64,000 nucleotides of DNA from an uncultured bacterium. GTDB taxonomy: Bacteria > Oederibacteriota > JAAXVQ01. This document shows, piece by piece, positions 1 to 12,512 of this stretch. A program made the translations under genes and the position numbers. The DNA lies in the NCBI GenBank assembly GCA_964604705.1, contig CAZSAP010000013.1:21388-85387 (forward strand), in the 5' to 3' direction. The notes beneath the pieces are model-generated. The model saw only the letters and a program-made list of their open reading frames with translations. It was not told the DNA's origin and made no database searches. Every line of letters begins with the position of its first letter. The first letter of the stretch is position 1.

Positions 1-490
1 CAAAGGTATTAATACGGATACCGAACCAGGCCACAAACACGCTGCCGGCGATACCAATTAAGGAGAACAGCACGATGATCACAACATTGGCTGCACCTAC
101 GGGCTTGAGCCAACCAAAGTAAACCACAATGATCGTACCAATGAACACCCACAACAACATGATGAAACGCAGTTGGGTCAAAAGATACGTCTTGCAGGTT
201 TCGTAAATCAATTCAGAGATCTCTTTCATCGCCTTATGAACCGGCATGTTCTTCAAGTTCATATACATGCCCAACCCAAACGCCATGCCCAAAAGACAGA
301 TGAAAATACCGTACGTCAGAAGCGTATGTCCAGGCATGCCCATGAACGAAACACTGCCCAGATCCGGCAATTTCAGATCCGCTTCACTGGCATATGCCAG
401 CGACGACATCAATACACTTGCTCCGGCTAAAATGACCGAGGTCACCTTTGCCGTCCAACGGGAAAACAGCGACTTGCTTTTTGTACACAT
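1..490 (-). CDS. hppA: K+-insensitive / V-type H+-translocating pyrophosphatase, N-terminal ~163 aa. The gene continues beyond the window start.
   Basis: Manual reverse-complement translation from ATG at 488-490 gives MCTKSKSLFSRWTAKVTSVILAGASV ... KAMKEISELIYETCKTYLLTQLRFI ... GIAGSVFVAWFGIRINTF. It is hydrophobic with TM helices and matches the conserved N-terminal pattern of membrane H+-PPases (M.EI...I.E...YL..Q....I ... G.R..T.AN.RT). It is absent from the ORF track because the stop lies outside the window. Confidence 0.65.
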   Translation of the reverse strand, partial: MCTKSKSLFSRWTAKVTSVILAGASVLMSSLAYASEADLKLPDLGSVSFMGMPGHTLLTYGIFICLLGMAFGLGMYMNLKNMPVHKAMKEISELIYETCKTYLLTQLRFIMLLWVFIGTIIVVYFGWLKPVGAANVVIIVLFSLIGIAGSVFVAWFGIRINTF

Positions 491-654
491 ACTTCTTTCT
501 CCTTTTTATAACATATTGCTTTTTTAAATTGGGATGATTGCCCATTTAAAAAAATGAAAAACGGGCGGATTATAACGTTTTTGTCATTCTACTGTCAAGG
601 GAACATTTGATAAAATTAAGGTATATGTCTTTGCGCTTGAACGAGATGTAACCC

Positions 655-835
655 AGAAAATGAAATCCGGGAATCTGGTTGCGGGGGAGCAGACCAAATT
701 CCCGGATAAATCCAGCCGGGTATCAACAACAGGTTAAGGGGGTTAAACCTTATTGCTGACTAAGGGGGTAACCCAGCCAGGGGGGTTCAACCAAGTTAAA
801 CTTGGCTGATGTATGGTATTCGACCCCCGTATCCA
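655..835. ncRNA. Candidate structured RNA or leader element (unassigned family) in the 727-bp non-coding gap upstream of hppA
   Basis: Hairpin atccgggaat/attcccggat (663-707). Repeated aagggggtta(a)acc motifs (735-775). The stem gggggg (781-786) / ccccc (825-829) encloses the hairpin ccaagttaaacttgg (792-806). No ORF of 60 aa or more on either strand between 491 and 1217. Confidence 0.25.
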
Positions 836-1217
836 AGTTTAGTTCCACGATTTTAAAATTAATATAATCAATTGAAAGGCCGTATCATGTGTATCCCATG
901 TGTTGAAGGCCTACACTTAATCCACACACATTCTCGGTCCTCTCCCTAATTGTTGCTGCGACGATTTCGGGCAATATAATTTTTTAAAATAAGTTTTTGA
1001 TACCGTGTTACCAATTTATGAAAACGACGGTTTTTTTCAAGATCATCCCCAGCAGCTTCGCGTTTGGCTAAAAGTCGTTCGGTTATTCGCTTACGATTCC
1101 AAAAAAAAGCACGCAGCATAGGTACACCTACCGTTCTTTGAGGCCAACTGTTGTTTGCATTTACCTACAGAACATGTAGACATTAGACAACCGGATGCTG
1201 CCTTTTATTTCATTTTT

Positions 1218-2147
1218 TTACTTAAAATGAAGTCGCCCTTGCCAGGTTTCATGTGCTTTAAGCCATTCCTCGATCTCATGAATCACTTTACTTTTACGCG
1301 ACAGCCAACGCGGAGCTTCTAAAATCGCATCCGTGCAATCTGCTGTCAGGCGTTGTATCACCGTTCGGGAAGGAAGCCGCTCCAAAAAATATCCCACCCG
1401 CATTACATAGTCACTCTGTGTCAATAGCGAGATCTCCTGTGCCTGATACTGCCGGTCCAATTCCGTTCCGGTTACCACATGGAGAGGATGCAGTTTTACT
1501 CCTTCAATGTTTAAATCCGCGAGTGCCTGTGCTGTCTCTTGTTCTTCTTTGAGACCCTCGCCTGGAAGTCCCAAAATGACATGCGCACATATATTCAATC
1601 CTGAAAACTGCCGTGTTAATTCGACTGCATGCACAAAATCTTCCGCACTGTGCCCTCGCTTAATCCGCTGCAAGGTCTGGTTGTGCATGCTTTGCAACCC
1701 GTATTCCAGCCAGACTTCATAATCTGAACAAAAACCCTGAATAAGTTTTAAAATTTCTGAATCAACACAATCCGGACGTGTTCCGATAGCGAGTGCCCTT
1801 ATTTCCGGGAAAGTACGGATACTCTCATAAATGGACCTTAATTCTGGGAGTGTGGCATAGGTGTTGGTATAGGGTTGAAAATATGCCATGAATCGTTCAA
1901 CCCCTTGACGATGTCCGTTTTCAATTTGCTGGGCAATTTGTTCCTGTAAGGATGCTGGCGTATGCAGCACGCGCGAAGTAAATCCTCTTGGATCGCAATA
2001 AATGCATCCTGTGTTGGATACGCGTCCGTCCCGATTGGGGCATGAAAACCCTGCATCCAAACAAACTTTGCGTACGGGACCACCGAATTGTTTTTTTAGA
2101 TAGCTGGAAAAGGTCCGATAACGCTGAGGTGGAAGCGATGCGTCCAT
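1218..2147 (-). CDS. TIGR01212-family radical SAM protein (YhcC-like)
   Basis: 309-aa ORF with the non-canonical cluster motif CPNRDGRVSNTGCIYC and a radical-SAM TIM-barrel-like profile. Length and motif fit the YhcC/TIGR01212 family. Confidence 0.75.
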   Translation of the reverse strand: MDASLPPQRYRTFSSYLKKQFGGPVRKVCLDAGFSCPNRDGRVSNTGCIYCDPRGFTSRVLHTPASLQEQIAQQIENGHRQGVERFMAYFQPYTNTYATLPELRSIYESIRTFPEIRALAIGTRPDCVDSEILKLIQGFCSDYEVWLEYGLQSMHNQTLQRIKRGHSAEDFVHAVELTRQFSGLNICAHVILGLPGEGLKEEQETAQALADLNIEGVKLHPLHVVTGTELDRQYQAQEISLLTQSDYVMRVGYFLERLPSRTVIQRLTADCTDAILEAPRWLSRKSKVIHEIEEWLKAHETWQGRLHFK

Positions 2148-2151
2148 AGAC

Positions 2152-4020
2152 TTATACCGGACGGCGACGCAAATACATCATGAGCAGCGTTATGGCCGCG
2201 GGTGTTACTCCTGAGACACGACTGGCTTGACCAAGATTGATCGGCCGAATTTTCGTTAGTTTCTCAATAATCTCCCGTGTAATGCCTGGCAACCCAGCGT
2301 ATTCAAACGTGACGGGAATCCGTATTGACTCCAAATCTTTAAATCGCGCCACCTCTGTCATCTGACGCTTAATGTATCCCTCGTACTTGACGCGAACATC
2401 CACCCGCTGGCGAAGTTCCTCCGATACCAGGTGTGTGCCTTGGTCTAATTCTGCCAAATGTGCATAATCCACTTCCGGGCGGCGCAATACTTCCAGTAAC
2501 GTGGCCGAACCATTAATCGGTGCCAATCCCCAGCAACGCAACCGCTCATTAACAGCCTCGGTTCCATTTACCCGTTGGGTTTTTAACCGTTCGTATTCTT
2601 CCTCGCGTTGCGCAACTCGGTTTTGATGTTGAGAAAATTCAGATTCCGACACCAATCCCAGAGCATGGCCCAGGGGCGTAAGGCGTTCGTCGGCATTGTC
2701 TTCCCGGATGACCAAACGATATTCCACGCGCGACGTGAACATGCGATAAGGCTCATTTGTTCCTTTGATGACCAAATCATCAATGAGTACGCCGATGTAG
2801 GCTTGCGATCGATCCAACACAACCGGTTCACGCTTTTGAACGACACACGCCGCATTGATACCGGCCATAATGCCCTGCGCGGCCGCCTCTTCATACCCTG
2901 TGGTGCCATTGATCTGCCCGGCAAAAAACAATCCCGACACAAGCTTGGTTTCCAACGTAGGCTTAAGTTGCGTAGGGTCAACATAATCATGTTCAATGCC
3001 ATACCCTGCTTGCACAATTTCGGCATGCTCCAAGCCGGGTACCGAATGGACCATTTCAACTTGCACATCCATTGGCAAACTGTTCGATAATCCGTTGGGG
3101 TAAAAACGTGTCGTGTTCAAGCCTTCGGGCTCTACAAACACATGGTGGCTCTCGCGCTCGGCGAATTTAACAATTTTATCTTCCACCGACGGACAATAGC
3201 GCACGCCCGTACCTGTAATCTGTCCGGAATAGAGAGCCGAAAGTTTCAAGTTATCCCGAATAATCTGATGAGTGCGTAATTGTGTGTGCGTGACATAGCA
3301 TGAGCGTTGCGGCAACACAGGCAGGTGCGGGGAACGCACTGAGAAAGGCAGATAAACCTCGTCGCCTTTCTGTTCGAGCATGCGTGAAAAATCAAGCGTA
3401 TTCCCATCCACCCTGGGTGTGGTTCCGGTTTTGAACCGTCCCAAACTCAATCCCAACGCGCGTAACGATTCCGGCAAACGATCCGAGGCTGGATCGCCCA
3501 TACGCCCTCCTGGAAAGTGTTTCGGGCCTATATGAATTAGTCCATGGAAAAAAGTCCCGGGGGTCACAACCACTGCCTGCGCAGCAACCTCGCCCAAGCG
3601 CGCAAACTTCACCCCGACAACCTGTCCCGCCCGAATACAAATTTCGCGTGCTTCATCCTGACAAATCGTCAATCCGGGAATAGCGTTCAGACGCGCCATG
3701 GCTTCACGTGGGTATACATCCAAATCCACCTGCATGCGCGACGATTGAACGGCTGCACCCCGGGTCATGTTAAGGCGGCGATATTGAATGCATGAGGCAT
3801 CGGCAATCTCACCCATCAAGCCGCCCAACGCATCAATTTCTTTAACCAGCTGTCCCTTGCCAATGCCCCCAATGGCCGGATTGCAACTCAATTGACCCAC
3901 GCCATTTTCCGTCAAGGTTACCAAAAGTGTCGGCACTCCCATGCGGGCCGTAGCCGCTGCGGCCTCAATGCCCGCATGACCCCCACCAATAACAATCACC
4001 CCATACATTGCTTCAGACAT
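2152..4020 (-). CDS. mnmG: tRNA uridine-5-carboxymethylaminomethyl modification enzyme MnmG (GidA)
   Basis: N-terminal FAD motif [14 protein letters not shown] plus the conserved MnmG body. The track ORF begins at 4044, but a start at MSEAMYGV (4020) or MYGV (4008) matches known N-termini. Confidence 0.93.
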   Translation of the reverse strand: MSEAMYGVIVIGGGHAGIEAAAATARMGVPTLLVTLTENGVGQLSCNPAIGGIGKGQLVKEIDALGGLMGEIADASCIQYRRLNMTRGAAVQSSRMQVDLDVYPREAMARLNAIPGLTICQDEAREICIRAGQVVGVKFARLGEVAAQAVVVTPGTFFHGLIHIGPKHFPGGRMGDPASDRLPESLRALGLSLGRFKTGTTPRVDGNTLDFSRMLEQKGDEVYLPFSVRSPHLPVLPQRSCYVTHTQLRTHQIIRDNLKLSALYSGQITGTGVRYCPSVEDKIVKFAERESHHVFVEPEGLNTTRFYPNGLSNSLPMDVQVEMVHSVPGLEHAEIVQAGYGIEHDYVDPTQLKPTLETKLVSGLFFAGQINGTTGYEEAAAQGIMAGINAACVVQKREPVVLDRSQAYIGVLIDDLVIKGTNEPYRMFTSRVEYRLVIREDNADERLTPLGHALGLVSESEFSQHQNRVAQREEEYERLKTQRVNGTEAVNERLRCWGLAPINGSATLLEVLRRPEVDYAHLAELDQGTHLVSEELRQRVDVRVKYEGYIKRQMTEVARFKDLESIRIPVTFEYAGLPGITREIIEKLTKIRPINLGQASRVSGVTPAAITLLMMYLRRRPV

Positions 4021-4090
4021 AAAATCCTTTTGGTTCCTTTCCAAATGGGCTAAACCCGGACTCCAGTAAATAAACGAAGATTATGCTAGG

Positions 4091-4696
4091 CTAGGACTGT
4101 TTCTCCATAATGAACATCAGGTCCTGGGCAGGTGCCGTCTGATAATAAATGCGTCCGGTAACATTGGCTTCGGCGTTTTTCACCCGAAGCAGCACCGATA
4201 CACGTTCCCATAGTTTGCGGCCGGCGCGTACCGAAGAAAATTCTCCATCTTGATGATCCTTGCAGGTTTCCAATTCTTCCACAAATGTCCGCACCGTGAT
4301 TGTGTCCCCGGTCACAGCAATCACCGCATCCAACATTTTCCCTGCGTTTTTTGGAATTAAACGCCCGTAATGATAGGCCAGAAGGGTTAACATCAAGGCA
4401 TAGAACGTCCGAATGGTTTCTTTGGACAACTCCCCCACTTGACACTCGGCCAAACGAATATTACTGCCAATCCCGGTTGTATTTTTCAAAATGAAATTGG
4501 CAATGTCAAGAAAGCCTAAGAGCAATGCTGCGTCCTTTCCGGTATACGGACTCACCGCGGCGGTCAATTCCGCCGCGACATCATTATGCAACCGCTCCCA
4601 AGCACCTACCGAAACATTGGGTTGGAGCCACGGTTCGGAAAAATCCACTGTAACCTTACGCCGTGATGACCGTTTGGGAGTATCTTCTTTTTTCAT
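4091..4696 (-). CDS. Hypothetical cytoplasmic protein, 201 aa
   Basis: Long ORF in operon context between mnmG and rsmB. No recognisable motif. Confidence 0.5.
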   Translation of the reverse strand: MKKEDTPKRSSRRKVTVDFSEPWLQPNVSVGAWERLHNDVAAELTAAVSPYTGKDAALLLGFLDIANFILKNTTGIGSNIRLAECQVGELSKETIRTFYALMLTLLAYHYGRLIPKNAGKMLDAVIAVTGDTITVRTFVEELETCKDHQDGEFSSVRAGRKLWERVSVLLRVKNAEANVTGRIYYQTAPAQDLMFIMEKQS

Positions 4697-4717
4697 GGTC
4701 CACCCCTTTCGCGGATT

Positions 4718-6082
4718 TCATGGATGCACGCGCAACATCCGCGCGGCAAACATTCCATCTTGCTCCCCTGCTAAGGGAAAGGATCGGAAACAACCGTCTT
4801 TTCCCCAATAGGTTGTTTTGGGCAACCCATTGGAACCCGGACCTGGATGCAATACAAATTCTGTATGCTTCTGTAAAAATAACTGAACCACCCCTTCGTT
4901 CTCTTCTGGCTCAGTAGTGCAGGTGGCATATACCAATACCCCACCCGGCTTAACCTGCTGAGACGCCGCTTCCAAGAGCCCGCGTTGAGCGTTCGCCAGC
5001 CGTGCAAGATCGGTTTCATGTATCCGCCAACGTGTTTCAGCATGCCTGCGGAGAGTACCCAACCCGGAACATGGGGCATCCACCAACACTCGATCAGCCT
5101 GTACATTTTCAGGTATTTTCACCGCTGTCTTTATACACGTTACACCCAAACGCCGCGCATTGTCCGCGACTTTTTTTAATTTTTTCTCAGATACATCATG
5201 CGCCCAAATAACGCCTCGATTGCGCATGCGCTCGGCCATATGCGTGGCTTTCCCACCCGGAGCACTGCACCAGTCAATGCATGTTTCTCCAGGTTGTGGG
5301 TCAACAATCTCACACAGCCATTGTGAGGCTTGGTCTTGAAAATACAACCATCCCTCTTCCACTCCTGGAATCAAACCCGGATTTCCGGCCCCACTAAACT
5401 GAATGGCCCACGGTGCCTCTAAAAGTTCCACATCCACGTTCTTTTGTTTTAACCACGCCACGGCTTCGACGCGGGTTCCGCGCAACGCATTCACACGCGC
5501 CACCAACGGAGGGGCCTCATTGGCACTATGCATCAACGTTCCCGCTGCGTCACGCCCAAACCGCTTAAGCCAGCGATCCACCAACCACTCAGGAAACGAA
5601 TGCATGACGGATAAATGAGCTACCAACGCGTTTTTTTCAGAAGGCAGCGAGGGCGCACCTTCACGTCCAATACGCCGCAAGATCGCATTGATAAAGGACA
5701 CTTGGCGAACGTCGAGTTTACTTTTGGCCAATTCCACGGTTTCATGCACAGCCGCATGGGGGGGGATTTTGGATAATAAAAGAAGTTGGTAAGCACCTAA
5801 ACGTAAAAGATTCATTACCTTGCGCGGAGGCTTAGCGCCCGAGGCACAGAATGCATTCAAAGTATAATCCAAAAAAAGGCGGGCCTTGACACTACCGAAT
5901 ACCAGCTCGCGCAGCAACCGCGCGTCCGGTTCGGATAACGGGGAACGCTTAAGCAACAGGGCTACACTATCTTCAGCCCAGACGCCATGCAGGTCCATTT
6001 CATTGAGTGCTTCCCAAGCCAGGCTTCGAGCCGAGACGGGAATCTTTTTTTGGGGCTTCGGGGAAAGATCGGAACGTTCCAA
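4718..6082 (-). CDS. rsmB: 16S rRNA (cytosine967-C5)-methyltransferase RsmB (NusB-like N-terminal domain plus SAM-dependent methyltransferase)
   Basis: Motifs DAPCSGLGT and PGGVLVYATCT, and an N-terminal NusB-like region. Confidence 0.88.
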   Translation of the reverse strand: MERSDLSPKPQKKIPVSARSLAWEALNEMDLHGVWAEDSVALLLKRSPLSEPDARLLRELVFGSVKARLFLDYTLNAFCASGAKPPRKVMNLLRLGAYQLLLLSKIPPHAAVHETVELAKSKLDVRQVSFINAILRRIGREGAPSLPSEKNALVAHLSVMHSFPEWLVDRWLKRFGRDAAGTLMHSANEAPPLVARVNALRGTRVEAVAWLKQKNVDVELLEAPWAIQFSGAGNPGLIPGVEEGWLYFQDQASQWLCEIVDPQPGETCIDWCSAPGGKATHMAERMRNRGVIWAHDVSEKKLKKVADNARRLGVTCIKTAVKIPENVQADRVLVDAPCSGLGTLRRHAETRWRIHETDLARLANAQRGLLEAASQQVKPGGVLVYATCTTEPEENEGVVQLFLQKHTEFVLHPGPGSNGLPKTTYWGKDGCFRSFPLAGEQDGMFAARMLRVHP

Positions 6083-6949
6083 TTAAAGTCCTTTCGGCAA
6101 ACCTTTCAATTCCGAATCCAAGGCACGCAAACGCTCTGCGCGTTGTTCCAAGTTGGGGTGGGTAGAAAACAGTGTGGCAAAACCACTGGCTTTGAAAGGA
6201 TTGACGATAAACAAGTGAGCGGTAACGTTCCCACTGGGTGTCGCTTCCAAGGGGCGACGTTCCACGGACATGTGCAGTTTTTCCAAAGCTCCGACCAAAT
6301 CCATGGGCCGGTTGGTTAAAATCCCGGCACCGCGATCGGCCGCGTATTCACGCGAGCGAGAGATGGCCATCTGGATCAAAAAAGCGGCGATCGGGGCTAA
6401 AATCATCAAGGCCAATCCCGCCAAAGCGTTATCCCGGTCGCGACCGCCGCCAAACCAAAGTGCCATGCGCGCAATCATGGTTATCGCTCCGGCCATGGTT
6501 GCAGCCAATGCTCCGATAAGAATATCACGATTCTTAACATGGCTCAGCTCATGGGCGAGGACGGCGGTCAATTCGTGATCGTTCAAAATGTTGACAATCC
6601 CGGTGGTTACGGCAACGACGGCATGCTTGGGATCACGCCCAGTCGCGAAAGCATTGGGCACGTCCATTTCAATGACCTTTACTTTAGGCATGGGCAGGTT
6701 GGCCTGAGTGGCCAAGTTTTCCACCAGCGCAACAATCCGCCGTTCGGTTGGAAACGGGTCCCGTGCGCGGTACATGGCCAATACAATTTTATCCGAGAAC
6801 CAGTACGAACCCAAATTCATCAACGCTGCAAAAACAAACCCCCACAGCATCCCGTTGGTTCCGCCCAACCAGTTCCCCAACAACATAAACAAGCCTGTCA
6901 TCAACAACAACAGGAAAAAAGTCTTAAATAAATTACGCATACCCTTCAC
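6083..6949 (-). CDS. htpX: Zinc metalloprotease HtpX (M48 family)
   Basis: HEXXH motif HELSHVKNRD, N-terminal TM helices and an overall HtpX layout. Confidence 0.9.
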   Translation of the reverse strand: MKGMRNLFKTFFLLLLMTGLFMLLGNWLGGTNGMLWGFVFAALMNLGSYWFSDKIVLAMYRARDPFPTERRIVALVENLATQANLPMPKVKVIEMDVPNAFATGRDPKHAVVAVTTGIVNILNDHELTAVLAHELSHVKNRDILIGALAATMAGAITMIARMALWFGGGRDRDNALAGLALMILAPIAAFLIQMAISRSREYAADRGAGILTNRPMDLVGALEKLHMSVERRPLEATPSGNVTAHLFIVNPFKASGFATLFSTHPNLEQRAERLRALDSELKGLPKGL

Positions 6950-6973
6950 TCCTTTTACGTTCCAAACGCGTGC

Positions 6974-7378
6974 TTAGGCTTCCTCGGGGGCTTCTTCGCC
7001 ATTCAAGGTGGTTTCTACAAACCGCTTGATTTTTTCCGCATCTTCTTCACGAAGCGCCATGAAGAAAATGCCGGCTGAAAAAACACCCGGTTCTTGAGTT
7101 CTCGACCACATCACTTCCGAAAAGGCACGCAGAGCCTGACCCTCGCCAGGCAAATTGACCTCAATCTTTAAAATATCACCCTTGGCCAAGGTATGATCCG
7201 TAACCAAGCACAACCCCTCGGGGGATACATCCAGTGAATTTCCCGCCAGCGGTCCCTTCTTTTGTTCCAACAAGGCCAAGGCTTCCTCACTTTGATTGAT
7301 CACCTTGTACTTGACCGGAACATGGACTCTAATCCGCGGATGCTTTCGTTTGTCGAAAGACAAGGACGCATTTTCCAT
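6974..7378 (-). CDS. PilZ-domain protein (c-di-GMP receptor candidate)
   Basis: RxxxR motif (RKHPRIRV) and a D/NxSxGG-like motif (DVSPEGLCL), separated by a typical distance. Confidence 0.7.
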   Translation of the reverse strand: MENASLSFDKRKHPRIRVHVPVKYKVINQSEEALALLEQKKGPLAGNSLDVSPEGLCLVTDHTLAKGDILKIEVNLPGEGQALRAFSEVMWSRTQEPGVFSAGIFFMALREEDAEKIKRFVETTLNGEEAPEEA

Positions 7379-7398
7379 GAAATGGCCTCCTTTTGTCC

Positions 7399-7811
7399 TT
7401 AAAGGGACAGTTGATGATCGAGCGCCTGGTTGACCAGACGATCTGCCTCCGCATTTTGCGCTCGCGGTATATGCACAATTTGACAGGCTTTAAACGTCTT
7501 CAACGCCAACTTGACTTGCCCCCATAGAACCTGCAACTTTGGATCCTTCACTTTATACTGACCGTTGATCTGGCGCACAACCAACTCTGAGTCCAAATGA
7601 ATTTTTAGCGTTTCCATCGCATGATCTTTGGCCAGAGCCAAACCCAACAAGACGCCCTGATACTCTGCCCAATTATTGGTAGTGGTTCCCAAATACTCCC
7701 CACGTCCTTCAAGCTTGGACCCATCCGCCGCATACAGCACGGCTCCTGCGGCACCGGGACCTGGATTTCCGCGTGACCCACCGTCGCAAAAGAGCGATCC
7801 TTTTAAATATG

Positions 7812-7821
<10 letters not shown>
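7399..7821 (-). CDS. rnhA: Ribonuclease HI
   Basis: Motif CDGGSRGNPGPG followed by E...D...D catalytic residues. 140 aa. Confidence 0.85.
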
Positions 7822-10356
<2,535 letters not shown>

Positions 10357-10447
10357 TCAAAAGAAAATCAGAAACGTCTTAGAAAATGCTATAAAAAAGC
10401 AGCGTCCGAAGCCTTGTCCCCCGCCTCGTCCCGTTCTCAAAAAAAGC

Positions 10448-12370
10448 CTACTCTTGGGTAGCTTTCAATTTTTTATTGGCTTTTTCAATGTTTTCAGCCG
10501 CCCCGGGGTAATCCGGCACCAGTGTGAGTGTATCTTTCCAATTGGCAATGGCTTGTTTAAATAAAGCCTGGGTGTATTGTTCAATCCCCGTTAAATAGAG
10601 TTCCTTAGCACGCTGCCGGAAGACACTTTCATTGGCTTTCATCAATTTGAGCACTTCAATATGTTGCGGTGACAGACTCAACACTCTGCGCCAGTTGGAT
10701 GCTGCCCGTACCAAATCCCCGGACTGCAAATATTTATTGCCAGCAGCAATCAGATCCGCAACCTTTTCTTCCAACAAGCGACCGGCCAAGGACATGTATT
10801 GCTTGGCTTCTTTATGCTTAGGTTCAAGCTTCAACAGGCGCGACCAATCCTCCATGGCGCCGCGATAGTCGCCTTGCTCAAACCGCTTCAGTCCTGCCAA
10901 ATAGAGTTCCTTAATGCGTGGATCTTTAAACCCCTGCGCGCCTTTAGCCATTTCCAGGCGGATTTTTTCCAACATATCCTTGGCCTCTGCATGCATGGGC
11001 TCTAGATCCAATACGCTTTGATACGCCAACAATGCTTCGGCCCAATCACGTACCGCATAGGCCTTACGCCCTTCGGCTAAATTTTTAGCAATGGCCTTGG
11101 CATTATGGGCCGAACGTACCTCTTCCAGCGCTTTGCTGGCGCGAGCATTTTTTTCATCAATCAGCAATATCCGTTGATACTCTTCCATGGCATCCATCAA
11201 TTGTCCGGCCTTGCGAAATTGTTCAGCCTTCACAAACCGCGCTTCCATTTCTTTATTCTGCTCTTCCCGCTTAAGCGCCTCGCGAGCCTGAGCCAATCCT
11301 GCGGCTGCCACTTTATCATCCGGGACAAAGGTAAGCACTTTCTGAAACGCGTTGACTGCCGTAACATACGCTTTCCCAAGAAGTGCCTTGGTGCCTTGGC
11401 GACGCGCCTCGGAAATCAATGCTTCCTTCTCCGACGCCAGGGCGCGCCCCCCACCAAAAAAATAAGTGAAACTCGCACGATGGCCCAAGCCAAGATCCCC
11501 CTGAGGAATCAGGGCATAATCCAATTGATACCCCTGTATGTTGAACCCAAGTCCAGCCCGTGCCCCTGACCAAACATCCAAACCTTCACGTTCCGGACGC
11601 CACAAATAGCCTGCACGCAAAGCAAATAAATTCTGATACCAATACTCGGCTCCAACGCCGTACCGAAACGAACCAGGCTCCGTACGCGCAACCTCAACAT
11701 TGGCAATGAGGCTGTCTTCAAACCAACGCCCTGCGCTTCCCACACGAAAGGTCAGTGGGAGTGGATACCCGGCCACCGGCAGCCCAAGATTTTGCACAAC
11801 CGCGCTTACCGACCACCATTCGTTTTCCGGACGGTACAAGGCACCCACGTCGGCCAGTTCCGTACTGTAGGTCACATCGTCCAGCTGTTCACGGGCATAG
11901 GCCACATTCACACCTGCTGACAGATCCGGAGTTAAACGCCGCCCGTATCCCAACGCCAGCATGGCGCTGTAGGGATTGAACCCGGCGCCGGTCAAAACCC
12001 CATCCTCATCTCGCCGCAATTGGATATCCGAATTAAGGTACGATACTTGAACCGCCGGGCACCCCCAAGACTGCGGATATGCAAACGAAAGGTATTCTTG
12101 TCGAAGGTTGGCGATCCATTGATTGTGCATGAACAACACCTGCATGTCGTTCAAACGCCCCAACCCGCCGGGATTCCATGACAATGTATTAATGTCATCG
12201 GCCACGCCACTGAACGCCTCACCCATGGCATAGGCCCGTGGTCCAGCCCCCATTTGCAGAAAAGCCATTGCCCGTCGAGAGGCCTGACGGTCCGCCGCCC
12301 AGACCGACATCCCCAGATTAAGCGAAACAACCAGCAAGACCATACACGTAAGGCACTGTTGCGTCTTCAT
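10448..12370 (-). CDS. Outer-membrane beta-barrel of the PorV/PorQ/PorP-like (FadL-like, T9SS-associated) family, fused to C-terminal TPR repeats
   Basis: Signal peptide MKTQQCLTCMVLLVVSLNLGMSVWA (start moved to ATG at 12370). Family motif GAGPRAYAMGEAFSGVADDINTLSWNPGGLG, shared with the ORFs at 25158 and 52588. The C-terminal ~330 aa are helical TPR-like repeats. Lies directly downstream of the CTD cargo gene at 12513-15566. Confidence 0.6.
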   Translation of the reverse strand: MKTQQCLTCMVLLVVSLNLGMSVWAADRQASRRAMAFLQMGAGPRAYAMGEAFSGVADDINTLSWNPGGLGRLNDMQVLFMHNQWIANLRQEYLSFAYPQSWGCPAVQVSYLNSDIQLRRDEDGVLTGAGFNPYSAMLALGYGRRLTPDLSAGVNVAYAREQLDDVTYSTELADVGALYRPENEWWSVSAVVQNLGLPVAGYPLPLTFRVGSAGRWFEDSLIANVEVARTEPGSFRYGVGAEYWYQNLFALRAGYLWRPEREGLDVWSGARAGLGFNIQGYQLDYALIPQGDLGLGHRASFTYFFGGGRALASEKEALISEARRQGTKALLGKAYVTAVNAFQKVLTFVPDDKVAAAGLAQAREALKREEQNKEMEARFVKAEQFRKAGQLMDAMEEYQRILLIDEKNARASKALEEVRSAHNAKAIAKNLAEGRKAYAVRDWAEALLAYQSVLDLEPMHAEAKDMLEKIRLEMAKGAQGFKDPRIKELYLAGLKRFEQGDYRGAMEDWSRLLKLEPKHKEAKQYMSLAGRLLEEKVADLIAAGNKYLQSGDLVRAASNWRRVLSLSPQHIEVLKLMKANESVFRQRAKELYLTGIEQYTQALFKQAIANWKDTLTLVPDYPGAAENIEKANKKLKATQE

Positions 12371-12512
12371 TGGTTCACCGTCGGCTTTCTTATGGTCATA
12401 CCCTTGCCTGCCTTTGGGTCCAGCATTAGCTTCAAACGCGTCATGCACCCGATCGGAATCATCTGCTTAGCTATCGTCTGTATCGGCCAAACCACGTTAA
12501 CGTTCCCCGCGC

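Noticed and set aside
780-840. tRNA/tmRNA-like fragment (ggtattcgacccccg resembles a T-arm)
   Set aside because: No complete cloverleaf, no acceptor stem or CCA context, and no tmRNA tag-reading frame. It is retained only as part of an unassigned structured-RNA candidate.
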